Source of the DNA: Nannocystis bainbridge
GTDB taxonomy: Bacteria; Myxococcota_A; Polyangia; Nannocystales; Nannocystaceae
Reading direction: 5' to 3'
DNA length: 64,000 nucleotides
Assembly: GCF_028368995.1 (NCBI RefSeq)
Contig: NZ_JAQNDL010000001.1
Coordinates: forward strand, 1,920,001-1,984,000
The position numbers were made by a program, and so were the translations under genes. The notes beneath the pieces are model-generated. The model did no database searches and was not told where the DNA came from. It saw only the letters and a program-made list of their open reading frames with translations. Of this stretch, positions 50,368 through 59,899 are shown one piece after another (within the stretch, counting starts at the first letter, position 1; every line of letters starts with the position of its first letter).

Positions 50368-51984
50368 TCACACCGGCCCGTAGTTGCCTGACACGCTCAG
50401 CAGCCCCGCCTCGAAGCGGTTGCTGCCGGTCGCGTACCACACGCTGTCGTTGTCGCCGCCCGGCCCGTACCACACGATGTCCGTGTCGCCGTCGCCGTCG
50501 AAGTCGCCCGGCACGGCAGTGAACCCGCCGATCACGTTCCACGCCGTCCCGTCCTGCCGCTTCGGCTGGCTGCTGCTGAAGCTGCGCGCCGCCGTGCCGT
50601 TCCACAGGTTGTCGGGCGCCTCGCCCGGCGCGTACCAGAAGATGTCGTCGCGCCCGTCGCCGTTGAAGTCGCCCGCGAACGGCAAGTAAAGGCCCGCGAC
50701 ATTGGTCGTCGTCGTCTTGTCGAACGGCACGTTGGTGCTGGCCCGCCCGTACCACACCGCCTCGGGCAGCTCGACCCCGCCGTACCACAGGATGTCGGTG
50801 CGGCCGTCGCCGTCGAAGTCGCCCGCGACCGGCAGGTAGTTGCCGTCGACCGTGATCGGCACGTTGTTGAACTTGTTGCCGCCGAGCCCGTACCACACGA
50901 AATCGTCGGCGCCGCCGGGCGCGTACCAGAACACGTCGTCGAACCCGTCGCCGTTGAAGTCACCGGCGATCGGCTGATAGTCCATCCCGCCGACGTTGAA
51001 CACCGCGCCGCCGCTGGTCTTCGGCGTCGACTTGGTGAACCCGCCATTGGCCGTGCCGTTCCAGATCGCCTCGGGCAGCTCGCCCGGCGCGTAGAAGAAC
51101 ACGTCGCCGCGGCCGTCGCCGTTGAAGTCGCCCGCCACCGTGAAGTACAGCGATTGCACGTTCGGCGCGAACGTCTGGTTGAACCCGCCGGCCTCCTTGC
51201 CGAGCCACAGCGGATCGGCGCCGTCACCCGCCTGATACCAGAAGATGTCGTCCGCGCCGTCCCCGTTGTAGTCGCGGTTGCTCGACTGGCTCGCCCGCTT
51301 GAGCGGCGGCTTCGGCGGCTCCGGCGGCTCCGGCGGGGCCGCGCCGCACGGACCGCCGCCCGGACCGCCGCCCCACCACTCCCAGTGCCACGGCTCGCTC
51401 GGCACCGTGCGCTTGAACCCGTAGCTGGCCCCGTGGGCGTTCAGCCACGCGAGCACCCCCGACGACGAGGTGTTGAGATCGAGCGCGTGCCCGCTCTGGT
51501 GATTGCTGTAGCCCGGCTTGGCGGCGATGTTGCAGTTGTTGCACGAACAGGTCTGGTAGCAGTTCCAGAAGTACTCCTGCTCGGCCATCGTGCGGAAGCC
51601 GCTGCCCACCGTGATGTGCACCCCGCCCGCCGCCGCCGCCTGCTGCATGACGTAGAACGCGTTCGCCGTGGCGATCTGGACCGGCTCGCCGTCGACCGTC
51701 ACCAGCTCGATCTGGAACGGCACCCCGTCGACGTAGCCGGTCGCGCTCGAGGCGGCGCAGCTGATCCCGGCCGCCGGCCGGTCCTCGCTGGTGTACTCGC
51801 GGCCGTGCTCGTGGCCGTCGGGCAGGCCCTCGGGCGCGCCGGCCGGGTCCTCGGCGTCGGCCGTGGTCTCGGCGTCGGCCAGGTCGTCGACCTGCTCGGC
51901 ATCGCAGGCGCACAGGGCCGCCGCCGCCAGGGCGGGCCGCAGGAGCTTCATTCGCAGGGAATTACCATTGAACATGGAATGCAT
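50368..51984 (-). CDS. M15B (VanY-like) peptidoglycan peptidase fused to six FG-GAP/VCBS-type repeats, lipoprotein
   Basis: SGFR...Q, PGYSNHQSGHALDL, EPWHW; six D(F/Y)(N/D)GDG..D..(W/F)Y repeats; ALCAC lipobox. Confidence 0.9.
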   Translation of the reverse strand: MHSMFNGNSLRMKLLRPALAAAALCACDAEQVDDLADAETTADAEDPAGAPEGLPDGHEHGREYTSEDRPAAGISCAASSATGYVDGVPFQIELVTVDGEPVQIATANAFYVMQQAAAAGGVHITVGSGFRTMAEQEYFWNCYQTCSCNNCNIAAKPGYSNHQSGHALDLNTSSSGVLAWLNAHGASYGFKRTVPSEPWHWEWWGGGPGGGPCGAAPPEPPEPPKPPLKRASQSSNRDYNGDGADDIFWYQAGDGADPLWLGKEAGGFNQTFAPNVQSLYFTVAGDFNGDGRGDVFFYAPGELPEAIWNGTANGGFTKSTPKTSGGAVFNVGGMDYQPIAGDFNGDGFDDVFWYAPGGADDFVWYGLGGNKFNNVPITVDGNYLPVAGDFDGDGRTDILWYGGVELPEAVWYGRASTNVPFDKTTTTNVAGLYLPFAGDFNGDGRDDIFWYAPGEAPDNLWNGTAARSFSSSQPKRQDGTAWNVIGGFTAVPGDFDGDGDTDIVWYGPGGDNDSVWYATGSNRFEAGLLSVSGNYGPV

Positions 51985-52062
51985 GGTCGTCATCTCCACC
52001 GATTGTCGGGCCGCGAAGGTGCGCGGCGCTATCAACATTGCAAAGGTTGTTTCGCGTGACTG

Positions 52063-53868
52063 TCAGACCGGCCCGTAATTGCCGGACACGCTGAGGAGGC
52101 CGGGCTCGAAGCGGTTGCTGCCGGTCGCGTACCACACGCTGTCGTTGTCGCCGCCCGGCCCGTACCACACGATGTCCGTGTCGCCGTCGCCGTCGAAGTC
52201 GCCCGGCACCGCCGTGAACCCGCCGATCACGTTCCACGCCGTCCCGTCCTGCCGCTTCGGCTGGCTGCTGCTGAAGCCGCGCGCCGCCGTGCCGTTCCAC
52301 AGGTTGTCGGGCGCCTCGCCCGGCGCGTACCAGAAGATGTCGTCGCGCCCGTCGCCGTTGAAGTCGCCGGCGAACGGCAGATACAGGCCCGCGACGTTGC
52401 TGGTGGTCGTCTTGTCGAACGGCACGTTGGTGCTGGCCCGCCCGTACCACACCGCCTCCGGGGCCTCGCCGCCGCCATACCACAGGATGTCGCTGCGGCC
52501 GTCGCCGTCGAAGTCGCCCGCGACCGGCAAGTAGGTGCCGGCGATCGTGATCGGCACGTTCTCGAACTTGTTGCCGCCGAGCCCGTACCACACAAAATCG
52601 TCGGCCTCGCCCGGCGCGTACCACAGCACGTCGTCGAACCCGTCGCCGTCGAAATCACCGGCGATCGGCTGGTAGTGCATGCCGCCGACGTTGAACACCG
52701 CCCCGCCGCTGGTCTTCGGCGTCGACTTGGTGAACCCACCATTGGCCGTGCCGTTCCAGATCGCCTCGGGCAGCTCGCCCGGCGCGTAGAAGAACACGTC
52801 GCCGCGGCCGTCGCCGTTGAAGTCGCCCGCCACCGTGAAGTACAGCGATTGCACGTTCGGCGCGAACGTCTGCGTGAACCCGCCGGCCGCCTTGCCGAGC
52901 CACAGCGGATCGGCGCCGTCGCCCGCCTGATACCAGAAGATGTCGTCCGCGCCGTCGCCGTTGTAGTCGCGGTTGCTCGACTGGCTCGCTCGCTTGAGCG
53001 GCGGCTTCGGCGGCTCCGGCGGCTCGGCCGGCACCACGCACGCGCCCTGGGCTTGCAGGATCTGGATGTCGGCCCCGTAGTAGAAGCGGAGGATCCCGCT
53101 GCTGTCGCGGCCCTTCTGCTCGAGGCAGCGCGCGCCCCACTGCGACATGCAGCCGCGATTCTGCCCGTAGCCCGCCGAACCGAGCGGGAACACGTAGCCG
53201 AGCGTGGTCTGCGAGACGCCCTGACCGCTCTTGCCGTCGTTGAAGGTGACGTACTTCTCGGTCGCCGCGACCGAGCCGTTGGCGGTGTCGATGCAGCTCG
53301 ACTGCGGCAGGTTGGGATCGCCGGCGACGTAGAAGCCGTAGGTCAGCCAGCCGTTGTGAGACAGGTACTGCCCCGCCGTCTCGGCCGCGGCCTCGTAATG
53401 GATCGCCTGCGGCGCGATCCCGCAGGAGTAGACCTGACAGCCCTGGCTGTCGCAGATCGTGCCGTCATTGGCCATCGCGTAATAAGCGACCGAGCGGGCC
53501 GCGATCGCCTGGGCCTTGAGCGCCTCGAAGTCGGCGCCGCCGTTCTCGCAGGCGATGACGCGCGGGATGTAATCGGTCTCGGTGGCACGATTGACCCCGG
53601 CGACGTTGATCGTGCAGTAGGCCGCCGGCAGCGGGGCCTGGATGCTGCCGGCCGCGGGCTCGCTGGGCTGGACGAGGTCCGCCATGCCGGGCTGCATGCC
53701 GCGCGGGTCGCCGGGCTCCTCGCCCTCGGCGAGGTCGACATCATCATCCAGAGTGTCGACGGCGTCGGCGGCCATGTCAGTACAGGCGCCGACGAGGGCC
53801 GGCAGCGTGAGGAGGGCGAGGACGGCAGCGCCGCGGGCGGGCCGCGAGGAATCGGTCGAGACGAACAT
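52063..53868 (-). CDS. SpoIID/LytB-like lytic transglycosylase fused to six FG-GAP/VCBS-type repeats, lipoprotein
   Basis: YIPRVIACE, EALKAQAIAARS, ICDSQGCQVY, MSQWGA, ILRFYY; same C-terminal module as neighbour; VGAC lipobox. Confidence 0.9.
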   Translation of the reverse strand: MFVSTDSSRPARGAAVLALLTLPALVGACTDMAADAVDTLDDDVDLAEGEEPGDPRGMQPGMADLVQPSEPAAGSIQAPLPAAYCTINVAGVNRATETDYIPRVIACENGGADFEALKAQAIAARSVAYYAMANDGTICDSQGCQVYSCGIAPQAIHYEAAAETAGQYLSHNGWLTYGFYVAGDPNLPQSSCIDTANGSVAATEKYVTFNDGKSGQGVSQTTLGYVFPLGSAGYGQNRGCMSQWGARCLEQKGRDSSGILRFYYGADIQILQAQGACVVPAEPPEPPKPPLKRASQSSNRDYNGDGADDIFWYQAGDGADPLWLGKAAGGFTQTFAPNVQSLYFTVAGDFNGDGRGDVFFYAPGELPEAIWNGTANGGFTKSTPKTSGGAVFNVGGMHYQPIAGDFDGDGFDDVLWYAPGEADDFVWYGLGGNKFENVPITIAGTYLPVAGDFDGDGRSDILWYGGGEAPEAVWYGRASTNVPFDKTTTSNVAGLYLPFAGDFNGDGRDDIFWYAPGEAPDNLWNGTAARGFSSSQPKRQDGTAWNVIGGFTAVPGDFDGDGDTDIVWYGPGGDNDSVWYATGSNRFEPGLLSVSGNYGPV

Positions 53869-53975
53869 GCGTGGGACTCCTTGGGGTGACTCGGTCACCT
53901 CTCACGCTGTCTTCCCGGCTCGCCGACCATCCGTCACGGCCCGTCACGCCGACGACGATTTTTTTCGAGGCGCGG

Positions 53976-55715
53976 TCACGGCACGAATCCGGCCAGGATG
54001 GCGTCGCTGTCGGCGATCGCCTGGCCACCGAGCCCAACCCCGTCGCCGCAGGCGTCCGCGACCACGGCGACCACTTCCGCGCTGGCGGCGATGCCATAGC
54101 CGAGCGCGCGCGACTCGCCGTCGCCGACACAGATTTCGCCCCCCGGCTCCTGGTCGCTGATCGCGTGCGAGTTGAGCCGCAGCTCGGAATCGAGGTCGAG
54201 CAGGAACATGCGAATGCCGGTGTCGCCGACATCCGCGATCGTGTCGCCAGCGACCTCGAGCGTGCCGACGAACTGGCCCAGCACGTAGATGGCGCCCTGG
54301 TGGACCGCGACCGCGTGGACCTCGCCGGCCTGGATCGTGCCGGACTCGAGCATGTCATGGGCGACGCAGCCGCCGTCCAGCGCCGAGAGGCGGGTGACGA
54401 AGCCGGTGTAACGATCGAGCGAGTCGTCCTCGCAGCCAGGCAGGCCCGGGAAGAATTGCCCCTCGCCGAGGCCGACGACGACGACGTCGCCGCTGCCGTC
54501 GTCGGTCACGGCGAGCCCGTTGACGCGGTCCTTGTAGCTGCTGCCGAGCGTGACGATCCAGCTGTCGCCGGCGAACATGGCCTCCGAATCCTCGGGCAGG
54601 TCGAGCCCGACGCGGGCGACGAATCCATTGGCCGCGCCGACGACCACGGGCTCGTCACCCGCGACCGGCCCGGTGATCTGGCCGGCGATGAAGACCGCGT
54701 CGCCGCTGACCGCGACGGCGGAGGCGGTGGTGGTGCGCACCGGCTCTCCGTTCATCGGATCGATCACCGGCGGGCTCAAGAGGCAGCGCGGCGTGACCTG
54801 GTCGAGCGCGGGCGCGAGGGCGGCGATCAGAAAGCCAAAGGTGTCCGGATCGGCGCTGGCACAGTCGCCGGCCGCGAACAGCTGCCCCGCGTCGCCGAGC
54901 GCGAGCGCTCGCACCTCGGTCGCCTGACCCAGCGCGGTGGTGGCAGCCGTCGGCGCGCCGTCCTCGACAGCGAAGCTGGCGACGAACGCCCCGCCGCCCG
55001 CGAGCACCGGCAGCGCGCCGAAGCTCAGCGGCGCCGCGCACCTGCCGCCGATGTACACCTCGGTCTCGCCGACGACGAGCGCCAGAGCGACGCCGCTCGC
55101 GCCCGCGTCCTGCGGCTCGCCCGCGGTGAACCACTGCAGCGCGCCGGCGCAGTCGAACTTGGCGACGAACGGCGCCTGCTCGCCGATCGCCAGCGCGTGT
55201 TGAAAGCCGCCGATCGCGATCTCCTGGTCGAAGTTGCCGGCCACGTAGGTGTTGCCCGCCCCGTCGAGCGCGACCGCCTGCAGCGTCTGCTTGCCGGCGC
55301 CGGTGACGTGGATCAGCGAGGCGATCGAGCTCCCCGGTCCGCTCGGCGGCTCGCACTCGAGCGCGCCCGTGGTCGTGCCGGTGGTCGTCGGTATCATCGC
55401 CCCGGAGGACGTCGATTCCGCGATCGTCGTCTCGCCCCCCGTCGTCGTGCTGGTGATGACCGAGGTCGATCCGGCCCCGTCGCTGTCGATCGGCACGACC
55501 TGCGGCGTGCAGGCGAGGATCACAGTCCATGCGAGCCGTCGCAAACCGGTGATTCTCCTCGTCGCAGACCTCAAGCCTCGCGCCGCATCCCTGTCATGTC
55601 TGGACGACCGGCGCGGTCTGGATCGCGTCGCACCCGACCTCACGCCTCGCGCCGCCGCATCCCTGTCGTGTCTGGACAGCCGGCGAGGTGCGGATCGCGT
55701 CGTCGCTGGCTTCAC
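53976..55715 (-). CDS. SBBP-type beta-propeller lipoprotein
   Basis: VILAC lipobox, Thr linker, AVALDGAGNTYVAGNF, FVAKFD..G...W; GTGA overlap with sigma gene. Confidence 0.75.
   Translation of the reverse strand: MKPATTRSAPRRLSRHDRDAAARGVRSGATRSRPRRSSRHDRDAARGLRSATRRITGLRRLAWTVILACTPQVVPIDSDGAGSTSVITSTTTGGETTIAESTSSGAMIPTTTGTTTGALECEPPSGPGSSIASLIHVTGAGKQTLQAVALDGAGNTYVAGNFDQEIAIGGFQHALAIGEQAPFVAKFDCAGALQWFTAGEPQDAGASGVALALVVGETEVYIGGRCAAPLSFGALPVLAGGGAFVASFAVEDGAPTAATTALGQATEVRALALGDAGQLFAAGDCASADPDTFGFLIAALAPALDQVTPRCLLSPPVIDPMNGEPVRTTTASAVAVSGDAVFIAGQITGPVAGDEPVVVGAANGFVARVGLDLPEDSEAMFAGDSWIVTLGSSYKDRVNGLAVTDDGSGDVVVVGLGEGQFFPGLPGCEDDSLDRYTGFVTRLSALDGGCVAHDMLESGTIQAGEVHAVAVHQGAIYVLGQFVGTLEVAGDTIADVGDTGIRMFLLDLDSELRLNSHAISDQEPGGEICVGDGESRALGYGIAASAEVVAVVADACGDGVGLGGQAIADSDAILAGFVP
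55560..55715. repeat. ~70-bp imperfect tandem duplication in gene 5' end
   Basis: CCTCA(A/C)GCCTCGCGCCG..CATCCCTGTC(A/G)TGTCTGGAC...GGATCGCGTCG twice; encodes RHDRDAA(A)RG x2. Confidence 0.7.
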
Positions 55716-57034
55716 GCCTTGCACCGCTTCATCAGCGCCGTGAACTGCGGATCGCTCGGATACTGGTCGGCGACCGTGCGCGCCGTCGCCACGTTGCCGC
55801 GGGTGCAGTGGATGCGCACGCGCATCAGGTCGCGGATGTCCGCGCTGGGGCTGCGCGGGAAATCGCGCCGGTGCTCGTCCAGCAGCGACAGGGCCAGGCT
55901 GGTGTTGCCCGCGGCCAGCGCGGCCTTGGCCTCGTCGAGGATCCGGTGCTCGGCGGCCAGGCTGTTGCGGCGCGCGCTCGACGGATCTTCGACCGGCGGG
56001 GCGCTCACGGGCGGCGGCGGAGCGCTGCGGCGCGCCGGACGACGCGGCGCGACAGTCGGCGGCGAGGGCTCGCTCCCGATCGCGGCCTTTGATGATTCGT
56101 CCTCACCGGCCGACTGCGGTGATTCGTCCTCGCCGGCCGACTGCGGTGATTCACCCGCCACCGGCAATGCTGCCTCGCCCGCCTTTGAGGATTCGCCCCC
56201 ACCATTCGCTTGCGCTGATTCCCCCGCCTCGCCGCTCGCCGCGGCCTGCGGTGATTCCTGCGCCTCGACGCCTCGCGCGCCGACGGCAGCGATCGCCGGC
56301 CCGGTCGACTCCTCGCGCAGCCCCGCCATCAGCGCCGCCGCGGCCACCACCGTGGCCACGATCGCCGCCGCCCCCAGCAGCAGCCCCGAGCGCGGCGCCG
56401 CCTGCCCGGCAGCCGCCACCGGGCCCAGCTGCGCCGGGATCGGCCCCGACAGCGCCGCGCTCAGGCGATCGAGCTCGCCCGGGGCCGGCCCCTGCTGCAG
56501 ACAGTGGCGCTGGATCAGCAGCGCCCAGCCGGCCGCGCCAAGCGTCGCCGCGAACGCCTGGCAGCGGCGGCGAGCCAGGCGCAGGCGCGAATAGATGGTG
56601 TTGAGCGGGGCCCCGAGCGCCTCCGACACCTCCGGCGCCGACAGGCCCTCGCCGTCGCACAGCATCAGCACCTCGCGCTGGTCTTCGGGCAGCTCGCGCA
56701 GCACCGCCTCGAGCGTCCAGGCCGCCTCGCTGCGCGACATCGGCTCCTCGCGGGCCTCGCGGGCCGTCTCGGCGTCGGTCAGCGCCTGCGCCTTGCGCAT
56801 GTGGCGGGCGTAGCCACGGCGCAGGTGGCGGACGTGGTTCCACACCACCGCCGTCAGCCACGGCTTCAGCGGGCGCGTCAGGTCGACGCTCTCCAGCTGG
56901 CGGAACACCGAGACCCACACCTCTTGCGCGACGTCGTGCAGCTGCTCGGGTGGGACGCCGAAGTGACGCGCGAGCCGCCACACGTGCGCGGCGTGCTCGG
57001 TGTAAATGGCGGCGAACTTCGGGTCGCGGGTCAT
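55712..57034 (-). CDS. ECF sigma-70 factor with long C-terminal extension
   Basis: Region 2 DVAQEVW...LKPWL..V..N, region 4 LPEDQREVLML...EGLS..EVS..LG.PLNTIYSRLRLAR; then TM-like segment and TPR-like LDEAKAAL..G...AL..LDEH...FP. Confidence 0.9.
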   Translation of the reverse strand: MTRDPKFAAIYTEHAAHVWRLARHFGVPPEQLHDVAQEVWVSVFRQLESVDLTRPLKPWLTAVVWNHVRHLRRGYARHMRKAQALTDAETAREAREEPMSRSEAAWTLEAVLRELPEDQREVLMLCDGEGLSAPEVSEALGAPLNTIYSRLRLARRRCQAFAATLGAAGWALLIQRHCLQQGPAPGELDRLSAALSGPIPAQLGPVAAAGQAAPRSGLLLGAAAIVATVVAAAALMAGLREESTGPAIAAVGARGVEAQESPQAAASGEAGESAQANGGGESSKAGEAALPVAGESPQSAGEDESPQSAGEDESSKAAIGSEPSPPTVAPRRPARRSAPPPPVSAPPVEDPSSARRNSLAAEHRILDEAKAALAAGNTSLALSLLDEHRRDFPRSPSADIRDLMRVRIHCTRGNVATARTVADQYPSDPQFTALMKRCKA

Positions 57035-57070
57035 GGGGTCTTCTGGGCTGCCCGGCTCCGGGGCGTTCCG

Positions 57071-57913
57071 TCACTGGCTTGCACGAAATTCGAGGCCGAG
57101 CCCGCCGGCGAAGAAAAACCGAGTGATTCCGTAGCTCCCGCCGGCGCCTCGGGGCTCCAGCGGCGGCAGCAGCGGGCCGCCCGAGGCCCCGAGCCACAGG
57201 CCGACGACCCGGTGAAACCACCACACCAGCCCCGGCGCCGCGTGGACGTTGAAGGTCGGGACCGCGCGGTTCCACGCCGCCCCGCCGCGCCCGGCCAGCG
57301 CCCCGCCCTCGACCCCCGCGCACAGCAAAAAATCGACGCGCCGGGTCGGCAGCACCCCGCAGCCGCGCACCAGCAGCGAGCCGCGGACCCAGTCCGAGCG
57401 GAACGCCGGGTCGTCGGGCCGCAGCCGCAGGCCGTCGACCCCGTCGGCCGCGAGCCCGAGCTCGAGCCGCGCGTGCTTCCACACCACCCCGAGGATCGCC
57501 TGCCCGCCGCCAAAGGCCCCGCGCGGCAGCAGCCCGAGCCCGACCTGCCCGGCCAGGCGCACGTGCAGCGCGGGCCGCCGCTTCGCCGGCGCCTCGTCGA
57601 CCGCCCAGGTGCGCCACACGGTGTCGGCGTAATGGATGAAGTCGTCGACCAACTCGAAGCAATGGCCCGACTCGACCGCCGGCCGCTCGGTGGTCCCGAA
57701 CTCGCCGCGCGCCGCCGTCTCGAGCCGCCAGGTCTGCGCGTCGACGCGGGTCACGCGGGCGCGAAAATCGGTCACCGCCGAGCGCGGCACGTCGGCCACG
57801 GTCGTCTGCAGCCGCGCCCGCACGTCCGCGGCCGTCGGGCACTCGGGCGGAGCCTGCCACGCCACGGCCGGCGCGGACGCCAGCAGCAGCGACAGCGAGA
57901 AGGGGGCGAGCAC
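57071..57913 (-). CDS. Hypothetical secreted/outer-membrane protein of the ECF locus
   Basis: Signal, W.APPECP, beta-strand-rich C-terminus ending GGLGLEF. Confidence 0.65.
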   Translation of the reverse strand: MLAPFSLSLLLASAPAVAWQAPPECPTAADVRARLQTTVADVPRSAVTDFRARVTRVDAQTWRLETAARGEFGTTERPAVESGHCFELVDDFIHYADTVWRTWAVDEAPAKRRPALHVRLAGQVGLGLLPRGAFGGGQAILGVVWKHARLELGLAADGVDGLRLRPDDPAFRSDWVRGSLLVRGCGVLPTRRVDFLLCAGVEGGALAGRGGAAWNRAVPTFNVHAAPGLVWWFHRVVGLWLGASGGPLLPPLEPRGAGGSYGITRFFFAGGLGLEFRASQ

Positions 57914-58138
57914 CGCAGCGATGGTACCGGCCGGGCATTTGCTCCGGCAAGCGGCGGGACCGAGCAGCGGCGACGAGGCCCACAGTCGAGCTCGGCACAC
58001 GCCCGCTCCGGCGGCGCCGACCCGCGCAGGCCGCTTCACGCTCGATCGCGCAAGCTGGCCGCCGACCCGGGACGAGCCACCCATTTCACCCGCCGACCCG
58101 ACGCTGCGAGACGCGCTCGGACGAGGACGCGGCGCAAA

Positions 58139-58372
58139 GCACATGACCATTCGAGCATGTCCGAAAGATCATGCTCCGGACCGCCGCGCCCTCGCACGCG
58201 GCTCGTGAGGTCGATGCTCGCCTCGCGGAAATCCCATGGGACTCGGTACGCCTCGACGACCCCGAGCTCCCTCTTCGGCCGCGACTCCCAGCCGTCAAAT
58301 CAACGACATGTCCGCTCGAGCATGCCCCTTCGAGCATGCCCTTTCGAGCATGCCCCTTCGAGCATGCCCTGA
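58139..58372. repeat. Two 14-bp-period CATG arrays
   Basis: CATG at 58142/58156/58170 and 58307/58321/58335/58349/58363 (near-identical CGAGCATGCCCYTT). Confidence 0.9.
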
Positions 58373-58388
58373 GAGCCAGGCCGAGCGC

Positions 58389-59654
58389 TCAATCCACGGC
58401 GAAGCGCCGCACCCACCACTGGTTGTTGTCGTCGTGATCGAGCCGGGTCAAGACGTGTCCGCCGACCACCAGGTAGTCGGCGCCGAAGGTCGCCGCGAGC
58501 GCCTCGCCGAGCTTGTCCTCGGACGGGTCGGAGAACCGCGAAGTCCACCGCACCTCGCCCTCACCGTCGAACAGGTGGACAGTCGCGGTCCAGTTGTCCC
58601 GCGCGTCGGCGCCGACGACGGCGACGTGGCCCCCCGCGCCCGCAGCCAATTGCTCCGGCCGGAGCCGCTGCATGGCGGTGTCGAGGGTGAGCTCGGTCCA
58701 CGCCGCTTGCTGATCGGCCGTCACACGCCGGACGATGTGCGCCCCGGGTTCGACGATTTGCCCGGCCAGCGCGAGACCGCCGTCGCCGAGGCTCGCGACC
58801 GACTTCCAGGCCGGGTTCAGCGGGTCGTCGAGCGCGAGCGAGAGCGCGGCGCCGGTGTCGGTGGCGAACGCGGCGAGCATCGGCCGCCGCTCTTCGTCGA
58901 AGAGGTGCCCGGGCACGAGGACCCGCTCGCCGACCACCACGACCTCGGCGGGGCTGACGATCGGGCCCTCCGCCGTCGCCGTCTCCCACACGATCTCGCC
59001 CGTCTCGAGATCGTGGCGGCGCACCAGCATCTGCCCCTCGACCGCGTTCGAGCCCGAGATCGCAAACAGCCCGTCGCCGGCGGCGGCGATGTCGATGATG
59101 AACTCCTCGGGCGGCGTCCATGAGCCCAGCTCCGTGCCGTCGGGGGCGAATCGATGAATCCCGGAGTGAGGGGTCGTCAGGACGATCTGCCCCCCGGTGG
59201 CGACGGTGATAGGTCCCCTGTCCGGCAGATCGATGGTCCACAGCTCGGCGCCGTCGGGCGCGAAGGCCCTCAGCTTGGAGAGCTCCTCGAACACGCCGGT
59301 GGTGCAGATGTAGATCGTGCCGTCCGGCGCCGCGGCGAGGTCCGTGAGCTGGCCCTTGCCCTGGCGGGTCCACACGACAGTGCCGGTCACCGTGCAGTCG
59401 GCGTCGCAGCCGTCGTTGGGCTCGTCGTTGCCGTCGTCGCAGGCCTCGCCGTCGCCGACCACGCCGTCGCCACACACCGCGGGCAGCGGCGCGCCGGTGG
59501 TCGAGCCGGTGGGCATCTCCCCGCCGGCCGGATCGCCGGTGGTGAGCACGGGCTCGTCGGTGGCGGATTCACCCTGCTGCGCGTCACCGACGATGATCGA
59601 GGGGACGCAGGCCGATAGAGCGAGCGCTGTGAGGGATAGGGCGGCAAATCGCAT
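58389..59654 (-). CDS. Lipoprotein with myxobacterial Cys-rich repeat (DUF4215-like) and PQQ-like propeller
   Basis: LSAC lipobox; CGDGVV..GEACDDGN....DGC..DC; PDG.ELW blades; GGAGG RBS. Confidence 0.85.
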   Translation of the reverse strand: MRFAALSLTALALSACVPSIIVGDAQQGESATDEPVLTTGDPAGGEMPTGSTTGAPLPAVCGDGVVGDGEACDDGNDEPNDGCDADCTVTGTVVWTRQGKGQLTDLAAAPDGTIYICTTGVFEELSKLRAFAPDGAELWTIDLPDRGPITVATGGQIVLTTPHSGIHRFAPDGTELGSWTPPEEFIIDIAAAGDGLFAISGSNAVEGQMLVRRHDLETGEIVWETATAEGPIVSPAEVVVVGERVLVPGHLFDEERRPMLAAFATDTGAALSLALDDPLNPAWKSVASLGDGGLALAGQIVEPGAHIVRRVTADQQAAWTELTLDTAMQRLRPEQLAAGAGGHVAVVGADARDNWTATVHLFDGEGEVRWTSRFSDPSEDKLGEALAATFGADYLVVGGHVLTRLDHDDNNQWWVRRFAVD

Positions 59655-59899
59655 GGTGTTGTCCTCCACCGAAGCTCGTCCCCGGCCCCCACGGTTTCCG
59701 TCAAGGCGCCCGTCGATCGGGGAAAAAAGTTCGCGGGGCCCACGAAGCGAGGGCCGCACCTGCGAATCACTCCGCGTGCGCGACGCGTGCGCGCCGCCCA
59801 TCCGACCCGGGTCGGACCTGCTCGTGCGATCGAGTGACTCGGCGCGCACGCCACCGGCGAGACCGGCGAGCATCACCCCGGGCTCGCCGCGGTGACCCC

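Noticed and set aside
50368-53025. Template/variable repeat pair of a diversity-generating retroelement
   Set aside because: Both copies are coding, differences are not obviously adenine-specific, and no reverse transcriptase is present
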